Assembly (NCBI GenBank): GCA_964016885.1 | Contig: OZ024740.1 | Location: 346,828,001-346,892,000 of the forward strand | From: Eledone cirrhosa | Taxonomy: Eukaryota | Length of the DNA stretch: 64,000 bases | Direction: 5' to 3' | Shown here: one piece after another, positions 51,794 to 64,000 of the stretch | How positions within the stretch are numbered: the first letter of the stretch is position 1 | Layout: each line of letters starts with the position of its first letter | Notes under the pieces: generated by a model | Database searches by the model: none | What the model was told of the DNA's origin: nothing | What the model saw: only the letters and a program-made list of their open reading frames with translations | Translations under genes and position numbers: made by a program

Positions 51794-52590
51794 GAGTGTG
51801 GGTCTGTGTATAGATGCGTACATGTGTGTTCATAAGAAACATAAATGCTATCAAAACTACCGATTGACGTCAATAATAACATCCTGGAAGTCGGTTAAAA
51901 ATACCCCTGATGGAAAATAGATGTCATGGCTGCTACGGAGAAACAGAAAGCTGTGAGGTCACGTAGGTGAAGAGTGTAGAAAATTAAGAGAGGCTTGTAT
52001 TGACATGTAGGAGTGATCAAGAAAGGAGATAAGGAGATAAGAAAAACACGTGGTAAACGAAGTTACAAAATGAATGGAGATAAAAGTTAAACAATTACAA
52101 GAAGAATGCAGACATATCTGAACACCATCAGCTCACACCTGGCCATGTAGTTTTGCACGAGAAAGAGAGAAATATATGCTTTTAGTGAAGTTAGTGCAGC
52201 AGGATTTTAACATTTCCACTGGCATGTTATGTGTGTGATAAGAACAATCATAACAGGGAGGGAGAGAAAAATAGTTCCGGCGAGTATCGCGTCGCGTGGG
52301 TGAAAGAAAAGGTATGTTTATAGGGCGGAATGGCAGTGGTAGTGTTAGTAAGCGAAAGTGATAGCAGAGGAAAGTGTGAGAGGGGATTAGGGAGAAGCGA
52401 AGAGTGAGAGAGAGATGGACGAGACATATTTTGCTCAGCACCCCAATATTGAAGAGTTAATAATAGTAATCGATTGGCTGTTGGCAAGATAAAAGGAACG
52501 CTAGAAATAGCTCACCCACCATCCTAGCTTTTCTGCGGAACCACAAGAAAGTAAAGAAAGATTGTCAAAGATATTTGTATTTATACTGTA

Positions 52591-52635
<45 letters not shown>

Positions 52636-52729
52636 GAAGTATTTCCGTCGGGGAGGTACAGGAAAAAAGAGTGCTCTCTGTAGGCTACAGAGCTTATTAG
52701 TTATGTAATAAACAACATAACATAATTAT

Positions 52730-52790
52730 TTCATTTACCAGTGGTTTCTTGAAGGCAGATGTTATGTCTGTCTTCAGTCGTCAGAATGAA
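52730..52790 (-). ncRNA. Hammerhead ribozyme (CUGACGA core)
   Basis: TTCATT-CTGACGA-cTGAAGaCAGA(cataaca)TCTGcCTTCAa-GAAA-CCACTGG-TA-AATGAA. Confidence 0.8.
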
Positions 52791-52895
52791 TAAATAACAT
52801 GGTGTTTTTATTAAATATCTATTTGAAAATAAAATATCTCATATTTCCTAAATGTTGTTTTCAAATCCATATTTAATAAAAAACCCATGTTATTT

Positions 52896-52958
52896 ATTCA
52901 TTCTGACGACTGAAGACAGGCATAAAATCAGCCTTCAAGAAACCTCTGGTAAATGAAT
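52896..52958 (+). ncRNA. Hammerhead ribozyme (inverted copy)
   Basis: ATTCATT-CTGACGA-...-GAAA-CCTCTGG-TA-AATGAAT. Confidence 0.72.
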
Positions 52959-52990
52959 TAAGTATCTTATGTTGTTTATTACATAACATA

Positions 52991-53029
<39 letters not shown>

Positions 53030-53615
53030 AAGAAAGAGAGAGAGAAAGCGAGACAGAGAGATCAAACGTCCAACAAATAACTGGAGACTCAATGAATAGA
53101 TCAGCGCATTATTCATTCATAAAAGGGAACAGTGAACAAGATAAATACATGATAATTATCAAAGCATACTACAATTCCATTGATAAAGGGCGATATTAGA
53201 CACCCTAACTAACCAAGACATATGAAATACGGAGAACACAACTCTTCAGGTTTCTTTCACACAATAAGCGAAAAAGGTTTAGGCTATTGCTACCTATATA
53301 TATTTTTTTTTTCAAATGAGAAGACATCACGTGATTAGCAGCTTAATAATGATAATAATGAGTAAGAACGAGGTGTTAAAGTATGATCGTTATATTTGTT
53401 CGTGTTTGATGAGCATTTTTCGATTGATCAGCTGAAGGTACGATACAATAGCTCATCAGAAACGTGTTTCCTTAATGATGGAAGATAGCTTTACATTTCT
53501 CATTCACTTGGGTGCTCTTTTGTTCTTTGTTTTGATTAGTATCTATTATGACACCAAATATACAGTACCACATATTATACTAAACCGGAACACCCACGCA
53601 TATATAAATATATAA

Positions 53616-53650
<35 letters not shown>

Positions 53651-53652
53651 AG

Positions 53653-53772
53653 AAAGTATGACCCCCGACGGCAGAGCTCAAGCCGTTTCGACGGCTATTT
53701 CTGGACTAAAGCCACTTTAGTCCAGAAATAGCCGTCGAAACGGCTTGAGCTCTGCCGTCGGGGTCATACTTT
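53653..53772. repeat. Near-perfect ~57-bp hairpin containing the 3' half of a hammerhead
   Basis: Arms aaagtatgacccc...ctaaag and ctttag...ggggtcatacttt surround the loop cca. Contains GAAA-CGGC-n9-GCCG-TC. Confidence 0.85.
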
Positions 53773-53779
53773 TTCATAT

Positions 53780-54610
53780 ATAATATATATATTATAGTTG
53801 AAAGAGTAAACGATAATCAACAACATGGAAGCGAAGAGGCAGGGCAACATGTTAATATTAGTTTCACGCTTGAGAGTGGGGAGTGGGGACGAAGTTTCGG
53901 GCATAAGCCCTTCATCAGGAGAAAAGTGGGCAGGAAAAGATTTCCGAGGGTGTGATGGGAAGAGAAAAGGGAGGTAAAACATTTTTAGAGGGTTAAAAAA
54001 AATTAAAATGAAAAAAGTGGTGAAAGGGTGTGAGGCGTGTAGGGGTGGTGGTCGTTGGATGGAGGGTGGAGAGGGGAGACGGAGGCAGGGGCTCCGAGTG
54101 GGGAGGGCTGAAGGTGGTGTGTGTGTGTATGTGTGTAGATGTGCTTGTGTGTGTGTGTGTGTGTTTGTGAATGTGAATGTGATAGTTGGGGGAAGAACGA
54201 GGTTCCATATTCGGGTAATAGGGAAACTGGTGTGTACATGGGGTGAGGTGTAAGTCGGTGTGTGTTGCGTGTGGATGGAGAGGGGTCAGAGGGGGTGGGG
54301 AAGAGGGGGCGTGTGGAATCTGGAGGCTGAGTGTGTGTATGTGAGGATACGCACGTGTGTGTATTTTTGTGTGGTGTGGATGTATGGTTGCGTGGTGCGA
54401 AAATAGTGTAAGTGTTTGTTTGTGTGTGTGTTCCTGGATGTTTTTCCACGGACTGTAGGAACGGATGTTGAAGATTCCGAGTGTAGGAGGGTAGTTGACC
54501 GGGGCGGTGGAGCGGTGGTGTAACATCCTTGGTATAGCATTGAGGAAGTGGAGAGTTGTGGGGTGCGCTGGATTAGAAGGACTTTGACGTCTTCCGTGCA
54601 TTTCAATTTG
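53780..54610 (-). mobile_element. Putative PLE 3' region/pLTR with a partial hammerhead
   Basis: Minus strand CTGATGA-a-GGGC(ttat)GCCC-GAAA-CTTCG-TC at ~53888-53918 has no stem I partner. A purine-rich plus-strand tract precedes it on the element strand. Confidence 0.45.
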
Positions 54611-55344
54611 GATCATTTTGTAAATGCTTAAAACGTGAATAACATTTTACATGTAATAAAAAAACAATTAAGCAGTTAACAGAAATTTTGTATTTGAAAT
54701 ATTTATTTGCCGAGGAATAGTCACAATTATTTTTCAACAATTTGATCAAAAACTCCGTACTTTATTTCTTTTCTAAAAATTTGATTAAGATCTCCGTACA
54801 TTATTTCCCAGGAACGGCAGAGAAACGCACACTCTACTTGATATGTAGGAGAGCTAGTTAAAAATTATACAATTTTCCGTTTCAATTTGAGTTAAAATAA
54901 ATCAAATCAGTGTAATTAATGTCTCCTACGCAATCTCTAGTATATGACTGTTCACATTAATTTAAGTGACCGAAAATAAAAGACATAAACTGGTTCCTCT
55001 TAAGAAGGAAATATTCCATCTGCCTTTATTTATAGATTCATTGTGTCACGACTAGATATTAATTCACCGCAGTAAATAAATTATTAAAGCACTTCTAAAT
55101 AATTTATATGGATGAATAATATACAAAATAATATTAAATATTTTCTAAATCATTCAATCATACGTAATATACATACATATATATACACTAATATACAAAC
55201 ACAGGCATATATGTATATATGGGTGTATATATATATATATACACCTACGGTATGGTGAACTAACTGTTGTGTAACCACTCCTACCTAACTCGTCCCTTGG
55301 ACTGAGTGCTCTACCACTACGGATATTACCTTCCAGTGTTCCAC

Positions 55345-55459
<115 letters not shown>

Positions 55460-56371
55460 CGGAGACTTAGTTGTACAACTGAGAGGGATGAAACTCAATA
55501 CATCAATACATGGATAGAATTATGTATAAGTTATTAGAGCTGGGCAGCTTGACCAGTGCCTTGACGAATGACAAGCCAAAAGCCAGGATCGAGCTGGTAG
55601 ATGTAGGTTTAGAGCATGGATACTTTTCGTGGGGAGAATATTATTAGATGGTAAATTTAGTAAATTTGTATTCTTGCAGACCACTTCTAATTTGAGGTTT
55701 AGTAAATGCAACAGTTATATTAGAATGTTGTATTATCAAAATAAGAAGAAGATATTTTAGTCCTGTTGTCCTTATGCAGCATTTCGCCACCCATTCACAA
55801 ACTGAACTGCACTTGTTCTCCATTCTAAAGTGACCTATGTTTCATTGAATGATTGAAATAGCTGCAAATGGTAGAAGGAATGTTAGAGTAAAGCTTTGTA
55901 AATAAATCCAAAAATAGTTGCAAGTTATGTGTGCGTCTATGTATATATATGTGTATGTTTGTGTATGTGTGTGTGTGTATCTGTGTGCATGTGTGTGTGT
56001 ATATGTGTGTGCTAGGCCTGATTTAATGGGGAGGGGGGGCACGGGCATACTTTCCCGGACCCCGTGTAATAGGGCCTCATAAGTGACAGCCATATCAATT
56101 TATTTATGCCAGCCGCTCATTTTAGTATTAGACGGTTTAGATTCTTTTAAATGTTAAAACCTGTATGTATAACGTTTCAATTTCAATTACTTTATAAAAG
56201 TTATCTACATATGTTTGTTTCCTTATTGACTGGATTGATGCTTTCTAAATAGAAATAGGTCCATCAATATATGTATTATACTAGTTTGAAATGGTCATTG
56301 CGTCAGATGTGTTCTTTCACAGTAACAATCCAGCAGGTACGCAGAAACCTTAGAAACTCACACATATACAT

Positions 56372-56414
<43 letters not shown>

Positions 56415-56416
<2 letters not shown>

Positions 56417-56910
56417 GATCGCGAATACAAGCTGCCGAAATGGGGTTATCCGAAGGGTCTGCGGAGTAACGTTACGGTAGAGTGCATAATTCGGAGATCA
56501 GAGAATCACTAAAGCAAGAGGCTCTGTATTGAAAGATCACAGCCCGGCACTATGTGCATGTGGTTAGAATGTGCCAGGAAAAATCGCTGTATAATTTTCA
56601 CGGTCAAACCTAACCGACGGGAGATCTAGTGGTAGACCCCCAAGCAAGATGGACGCATAATAATGTTGACATCAATTGATTTCATATGGGGATTAAGCTA
56701 GAACAATTTGGAACGTTTGCTTCTGACAGGATCCGCTGGAAAGCTTATTTGAGGCCTCTGATCCAACGACACACGCAGGGATAAGTGTGAGAAGAAGAAG
56801 AAGAAGAAGAAGAAGAAGAAGAAGAAGAAGAAGAAGAAGAAGAAGAAGAAGAAGAAGAAGAAGAAGAAGAAGAAGAAGAAGAAGAAGAAGAAGAAGAAGA
56901 AGAAGAAGAA
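56415..56910 (+). mobile_element. Decayed RTE-like 3' end with a (GAA)n tail
   Basis: HVVRM, GRSSGRP and ASDRIRWK motifs, followed directly by ~40 GAA units (56791-56910). Confidence 0.7.
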
Positions 56911-58800
56911 GATCTTAAAATTGGAAATATGAAACTTAAGCCCCGGAGTCCGAGGTTCGTAATGATTGTGTCGAAAATACTCCAAACGTAAACATCCAAT
57001 GGAAAACTAAACTACAGGGCGTAAATATGCCGCATATAGTGGAAACACAGCATTTTAGATTGGTGTCCTTCTTCGTTGACATATAATATAGAAGTTGCTC
57101 AATACCACACTTTTACAGAATCAGCAATGGTGTGGGGGGAATGGTTGACGAGGAGAGATCAACGGAGAGAGCAGGAAAAATACAGGGTGACAAATGTAGG
57201 AGGAGATTGAATGATGGTGTGAGTTGGACAAAGTATGAGGAAAGATATAAAATGTGATATCGAGGGAGTTGAAGCTTGGAACGGGATACAGGTCAGTTGA
57301 AATTCATGGTAGCAAGTCTGCAGATATGCCTGAACGCATAATAAAAGGGTGATGAACAAAATATCTTATACACATTCGCAGCCGTACAAATAACGAATGT
57401 GGGAGTGAGGTGGAGAAGAAATAAATAAACTATCCGTCAAATCAAAACAATCAGTTGAATGTGCGGAACATAAAAGATGGATCAAGTTTGTAAGAGAGAT
57501 ATGTGTTTAGTGTAGGGAGTTAAACCAGTATAATAAAATGTGGTGACAAGAGGAGGATGGGAAATGAGGACTAATATAATGATGTCATACATAATATCGA
57601 ATTCAGAATTATGAAAAACAAAACTAAGCTCATCGGGATTTCTTAGAATGGAAAAACCGTTACGCAGAATATGTACTAATTACACATAACATATTCGACT
57701 AAGAACCCTGTATAATCCTATGTGAACCATAGTTTGAATGATTACATCAGTGTGGACTAAAGGGTGATGATCAATTCAATTTGTCAAACATAGTATGATC
57801 ATGTTAAAAGACGCAATAGCAATCATTGCTTTGAAAAATTGAAAGTAAAAAAAAAAATTACAGCAGTTGAAGTATAGCATTCTATAAAAAAGAAATAGAC
57901 AATCAAAGCAATGAGTTCTCTCCATTTCCCTTCAGGAACAAATGTAGAAACAAAAAAATCAACTAGCGTCCGTGATAACAAATACAACAAAACAAAAAAC
58001 TAAAGAGAAATAACAAGAACTACAACTAAGATAAACAATGAATTAGCAAACAAGCAAACAAATCAATAATAATCAATCAAATCTCAGTCAAATCTGTCTT
58101 TATTCCTGCAAGTATGAAGAAACACATTAGATATATTGCATTTGAGTAAAATTCCGTATCACCGAGTCTAGGATGATTTTTATCATAAGTTGCTGGATCA
58201 GATCTGACCTGTGGAGTAATAACTGCAAATCCAGCCGATTTATTATCTAGTTTCTTTTGTTTTTCTAGTATTATGATCTATATTGTGGGACCAAAGTAAA
58301 ATTCGTTTCCCTCACATGAGAAAAGGTTCCATGATTTTACAAATTGGCAAACTAAAATAATATAAGATTCATATTTCTTACGTTGCGCATTTATATTTTT
58401 TCAAAAGAGATATTGTTTACCATTTGATTATTTAAAATTTGAAAGTTAAAAAAGAAATAAAAATGAAATCATTTTTATGAAAAAAAGGTGGAGTAGTGAA
58501 TATAATCTTCTGATGGGCCATATCATATAATATTTCGACTTATCACCTTCCTATATTTCTCCATCTTCGGTTGTTGGTTGTATAGTTATTTTTTATAATC
58601 AGTTTTCTTTGGATACATTTTGCAACGTTTTTCATCTTTAACTGCTATTGCATTTCCAATAACTCATCATAAGGATATACGTTCCACGTTCTTCTTCTTC
58701 TCTTCTTCTTCTTCTTCTTCTTCTTGATGTGTGCATTCTCATTGTGTTAATCATGCAGGCATATATATCAAACAATCATACCCAAATGCATACCCCCCCC

Positions 58801-59157
<357 letters not shown>

Positions 59158-62106
59158 TTCGAACTCAATCAACTTAATGAACAACTCTATGGCTGCCTAA
59201 CTGCCGCCTATCCACTACCGAAATCTGAATCAACCAGTTAACGACAAGCTTCTACATAGTCAGTTACTTGACTTGACTGAATAATTTGTCAGGCCTACCT
59301 CAAAGTACACAATGTTATTTTAATAGGATTCATGGAATAGTGTAATTTAAATAGTATCATTGATCAGAGGATGGTTCAGTCATAGCTGAGTTGGAGGTAA
59401 GAAACAACAATCACAATAACTTTCACAACCCTCATTATTATCATTAACACTACTGAAATTTTACCTCTTTTATATCCTAATTATGAAGAGTTAAAACTCA
59501 CATTAAACTGTAATAAATACCAACACCAGTATATCACTCATAAATATTTCAGTGAAAGATGTTTAAATGTTTAGCTAGTACAGCAAATTCACAACATGTA
59601 TCTTATCTTCCAAACTGTCTTTATAAAATTGAAACGACTGTGCTTGAACACAAATATCGTTACTGATTGTATGTATTTTCCAATATGTTTGTTTTATAAG
59701 CAATAAACCTAAATTTAAGCAGTAGAAATATCATCAGCAACAGGACAATTATTAGCAATACCACCTGCTATGTTACCACCGTTACCACTACCATTAGGTA
59801 AAAATATATATATCATCCTGAAACTAAATATTCTCTACACTGCCAAACTAATACCACACATCCTACAATTTGAGACAGGACGCCAACAGCACCAGTAGTT
59901 TAATCATCACTATAAGTGAAGATTAACATCACTATTAGCACTTCACGCACAAGTTTGTTTGTTTTTTCATCTATCCACGTACGGCTTCCTGTCGAATTTA
60001 ATATACCAAATACGCCTTCATGATGTTCCGTTTTATCTTTCGTAGTCCGATACAATGATATAGCACTAAATTATTGAGAACATTTCAATCTAGTATTCCT
60101 GAAACCCCAGAAATTCTTGCCTTGTATATCAATATGAAAACATCTAAATGTGAAACCGTTACTTATGCTCTGGACATTTTGAGAATAACAATCAAATCTC
60201 CCTCAAACCTCAATGCACCGACTGATAAAATGTCCTATTACATAGAGCACACTATTACAGATTGTCCGGACCACACTATTGCAGATAAAAATGCATACTG
60301 GGTCTGCACAGCGACAACAAAAACGGACACACAAACTTCGTCAGGAAAGGAAATTCTTTACATAGAAAATATAGACATTACGAAAACGCCATTATAAAAA
60401 AGTGTCTACACGACTTGAGAAATAAGAAATTTCCTTCATCAGAAATAAAAACATTCGCTCCTGCTATTCCACAATAAACACGACAACAAAAACAAAATAT
60501 ATTGCGAAACCAACTGCCACTAGCACTAAATCGCAATCGCATACTTTAAACAGTACCAAGACTAATATATTGTCATCCCATTCCCATTAACAACAACATT
60601 AAAATAAAAAAAAAATCACTAACTACAACTACTACAATTCTATGAGTAATATTGTCCCACCATCTCCATTTGTCGGGACAATTAATGTTGCCATCACCAC
60701 AACCACTACCAGTAATAAACTATCAGTAAAGAAGAAGATATAACAAAAATGAAAACCAAAACAATAACTGAATGGTATATTACCCCAGTGCCTTATCACT
60801 AGCAAGAACTGCACCACGTCTGTCCGCCACTGCTATCATCTCTACCACCTACTGACATCACTAAATTTTTCTGCTGTTTTCTTTTTTATATATTATTCGT
60901 GTTGTTGTTACTGTTTTATATGTTCTTTTAGAATCGTAATTATTGTAAAATCCGTCTCTACTTAGGTTACAGAAATTCTAGTAAGAAACTTACTGATTGA
61001 TCATCTTGTCATTGTCCATGAACTTCCAATCGTCTCCCAAATACTGTTTTGTCCATATCCCACAACCACACATCCCGCTTCTCAGATTTCTACAGCATCA
61101 GACCAAACGTTGGAAAAGAAAAAAAGCATAAATAACATATCATTTTTAAAATAACAGCAACATCTATAAGACAATCAGTTGCAGCAATATCAGAAGCGAA
61201 AGCAACAAAAATAATGTATAATGATTTCGGTTTGGCTAGGATCTAGATCAATGTTTCAAGAACCTGGCTCTAATTGATTGAAATGAGTATCTATATTAGG
61301 CTACAAGGAAGTTGATCCCCTTAACATTAGCACCCATAACGTAGAAGATGCAGACTTTGTTCTGAGTTCAAATCCTTCTAATATCAACTTTGCCTTCCAA
61401 TACATGCTTGATCGATAAATAAATAAAATTCACAGTCAACTATTGGTGTTCTGAGATCAAATCTTTCCGTGGTTCGCCAGTGTGATATATTTAATTCTTT
61501 CCCTCATAAAAGCAACACCACGGCCTAACACTTTATTTTCTTTTGTTAGAAGGCACGTTATAATTGTATAGGCTACGCAGTGTCTTCTGACAAAGCGATA
61601 ATAATTTAAAACTTACACTTAGCTGATGTAAGAAAAAAATCCAAACAAATGCGTGTGATTCTAAGAGAGTCGAATAAAATTCAACTGCCATGGTAAATAT
61701 ATGATATAACCGTAAGGGATCTACCTTTCATTCAAGAGACAATATGTTTGTGTTATCGCTTCTAGTTTGTCGGCTATTTTCCCATACTAACAATATCGGT
61801 AACAATAAATTGTTCCATTTGTACAGGTGATATGGGTGGTCAAGTTTATAATCGCAGTATTGCAGTGCCTGAATGGTAATTATTCAATTAACACCAAATT
61901 CATGAAGACAGCCCTATACTTTGCCCGTCAGCATTTACAAAAATACCCAACGACCATAATTCGTAACATAATTCGTAACAACGACCATAATTCGTAATAT
62001 TCATACACATTTTCGAGCAAGTACTTAGTTTGTAGTATATTAAAACTTACACTTAGCTGATGTAAGAAAAAATTCCAAACAAATGCGTTTCCCGGCACAA
62101 CTTTAC

Positions 62107-62272
62107 CTATTATTCATAGTAAGAAAACCTGCTAACAAACGATCTCTCTCTTTCACACACACGCACTCTCTCTTTCTCTTTCTCTCTCTCTCTCTCTCTA
62201 TAGATATATATAGAGAGAGAGTGAGAGAGAGAGAGGTCGTTTTTTAGCAGGTTTTCTTACTATGAATAATAG
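62107..62272. repeat. Inverted duplication around (CT)n-(TA)-(GA)n
   Basis: ctattattcatagtaagaaaacctgctaa pairs with ttagcaggttttcttactatgaataatag. Confidence 0.85.
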
Positions 62273-62294
62273 TAAATTATACTATGAATGATAT

Positions 62295-62600
62295 GTAAAT
62301 CTGTTAATATGCATATCAGGCCGATCAGTCATTGTATATTCCAGAAAATATCATATATTTTCACGAGCTCTGACAGTTGGCAGGTAACCAGTATAGGGTA
62401 CTGATCATGGGTAATCACCAAGAAACACTAATGTCTGCCGTTCTGTGTGTATGCCAACACAAGAGCAAGACTGGCGGGGTCATTCTACTGACATGGCATA
62501 AGAGGTTGTTTGCATAATTGCAAACGAATCAAATCTAATTTTAATATTCAAAAACTCAGATTTACATGTCTTGTATTCGGCCATGTAGAGCGATAAAACT
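62295..62600 (+). mobile_element. Diverged copy of the 46536 family with a mutated hammerhead (CTGATCA)
   Basis: Collinear with 46830-47140. The motif at ~62395-62442 keeps GAAA-CA..TG-TC. Confidence 0.7.
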
Positions 62601-62605
62601 ATTAG

Positions 62606-62644
<39 letters not shown>

Positions 62645-63185
62645 CTTTCCACATCGCTACTCGGAATTTCGCTAAACCTTCAATAGCATTCTGCAAATAT
62701 TAAACTTTGAAATAAAATACAAAGTCTATCTAAACCATAAGCTACATTAAGAACTATTTTGAATGTATGATTTTACACGTATGTATTCCCGCATGTTACC
62801 CCTATTACCATCCAATATTTCACACGGATCTATATATTATATATTGCACGTTACCCTAACCCGCATCCGTTTTGTCAAGTGCCTATTTATTTATTTCTTT
62901 CTGTGTTTTCCATATGTTCATTTTTACTCATTTTGATATTGTCCTCTTGTATTTGTTTGTCATATGAAAGTGTTTTAAATGAACCTCACACCTGTTGCTT
63001 CTCAAAATTAATTCATAGCCCAATAAGGATCGCTGGAAATATATTTTGAATTATACAGGGTGAAGTGAGAGCACGAGAGAGGAGGCAGTGCGTGTGATAC
63101 AATTCGTTGTGTAGTAAATGTAAAATCTCTGTACATACCATATAGGTATTTATGTTTGTTTGTCACGCGCGCACACGCCCACACT

Positions 63186-63246
<61 letters not shown>

Positions 63247-64000
63247 ATATATATATATATATATCATTATATCATGTGTATTTTCCTTGTTTGTCTTCGT
63301 TATCATTTCCTGTGCTGTTTAATATTTACATATTTATTGTGTTGTAAGGTTGAATGTTTATTTTCCTGTTCGGCAATGCTAGATCTTTAAGTGAGTGAGA
63401 TTATAATACAATGATACTTATTGACGCTTAATTTTCAGAGGTCAGTCTCTCTCCTGTGTTTACGTGTTTGTTGTACAAAATCTGACGACTGTTTCTAGAA
63501 TATATTTAAACAATAGGGCCAATTGATTGTTTCATTTCGTTTTTTTTTTCTTAAGCTGCCCACTTTCACCATTTCGTTATCTTTCTGCTTCTTCCTATAT
63601 CACTCTCATTCTGCATATCATTATATTTAGCGTTCCTCTGTAAGACTGTTTGGAGCCGGCCTATCTTCAACTTTTACAATTGTACAACTGTTAACCCAGT
63701 TTCTCTGAATTCTCTGTATTTTTACTCCCCCACCAATCTCTATTTCTCTCGCTCTTTCTCTTTTTCTCTATCTTTATCTAATTTTCCTTTTTCTCTCTTT
63801 TTCTCTCATTCGCTCCCACTTCTACGATCAATCCTGTCCGTGATATTTGTACACGGTGAAGTTTGCTAATGCTGTTTCATTATATCATTATTCTATCGTC
63901 ATTATATCACGTCACGAGAAAAACAGGTGGCGAGCATAAACTTATTTCTTTGTTTTTTCATATCGAAAGAATACACAGACAAAAATTATTAACTTCACTT

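Larger units (their letters stand above)
52701..52988. mobile_element. Palindromic pLTR-like remnant with a hammerhead in each arm
   Basis: 52701-52818 is a close reverse complement of 52870-52988. Confidence 0.85.

Noticed and set aside
60074-60397. 107-aa ORF with non-repetitive sequence
   Set aside because: Non-ATG start, no domain motif, and no clear splice signals.

Overview
This is AT-rich, microsatellite-dense eukaryotic DNA with no recognisable host exon. The SINE and microsatellite content suggests a cephalopod, probably Octopus (inference). The only long intact ORF (7890-11435) belongs to an RTE-clade LINE: APE endonuclease, reverse transcriptase and three C-terminal C2H2 fingers. 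That copy has a candidate 13-bp TSD and a 5' fold-back inversion, and a disabled sister copy lies at about 38.3-43.0 kb. Three copies of a ~610-bp non-autonomous bipartite RTE derivative are present, along with Penelope-like, Tx1/L1, Dong-R4 and other RTE remnants and tRNA-derived SINEs. The main hidden signal is a set of short non-coding repeats lodged in (TA)n tracts as tandem or inverted copies. At least eight families with no obvious mutual similarity each carry a type I hammerhead ribozyme fold: 12 essentially intact copies plus several decayed ones, including a U3:A8 compensatory variant and palindromic stem III forms. They resemble Penelope pLTRs or retrozymes. All folds were made by eye and need computational and biochemical confirmation.
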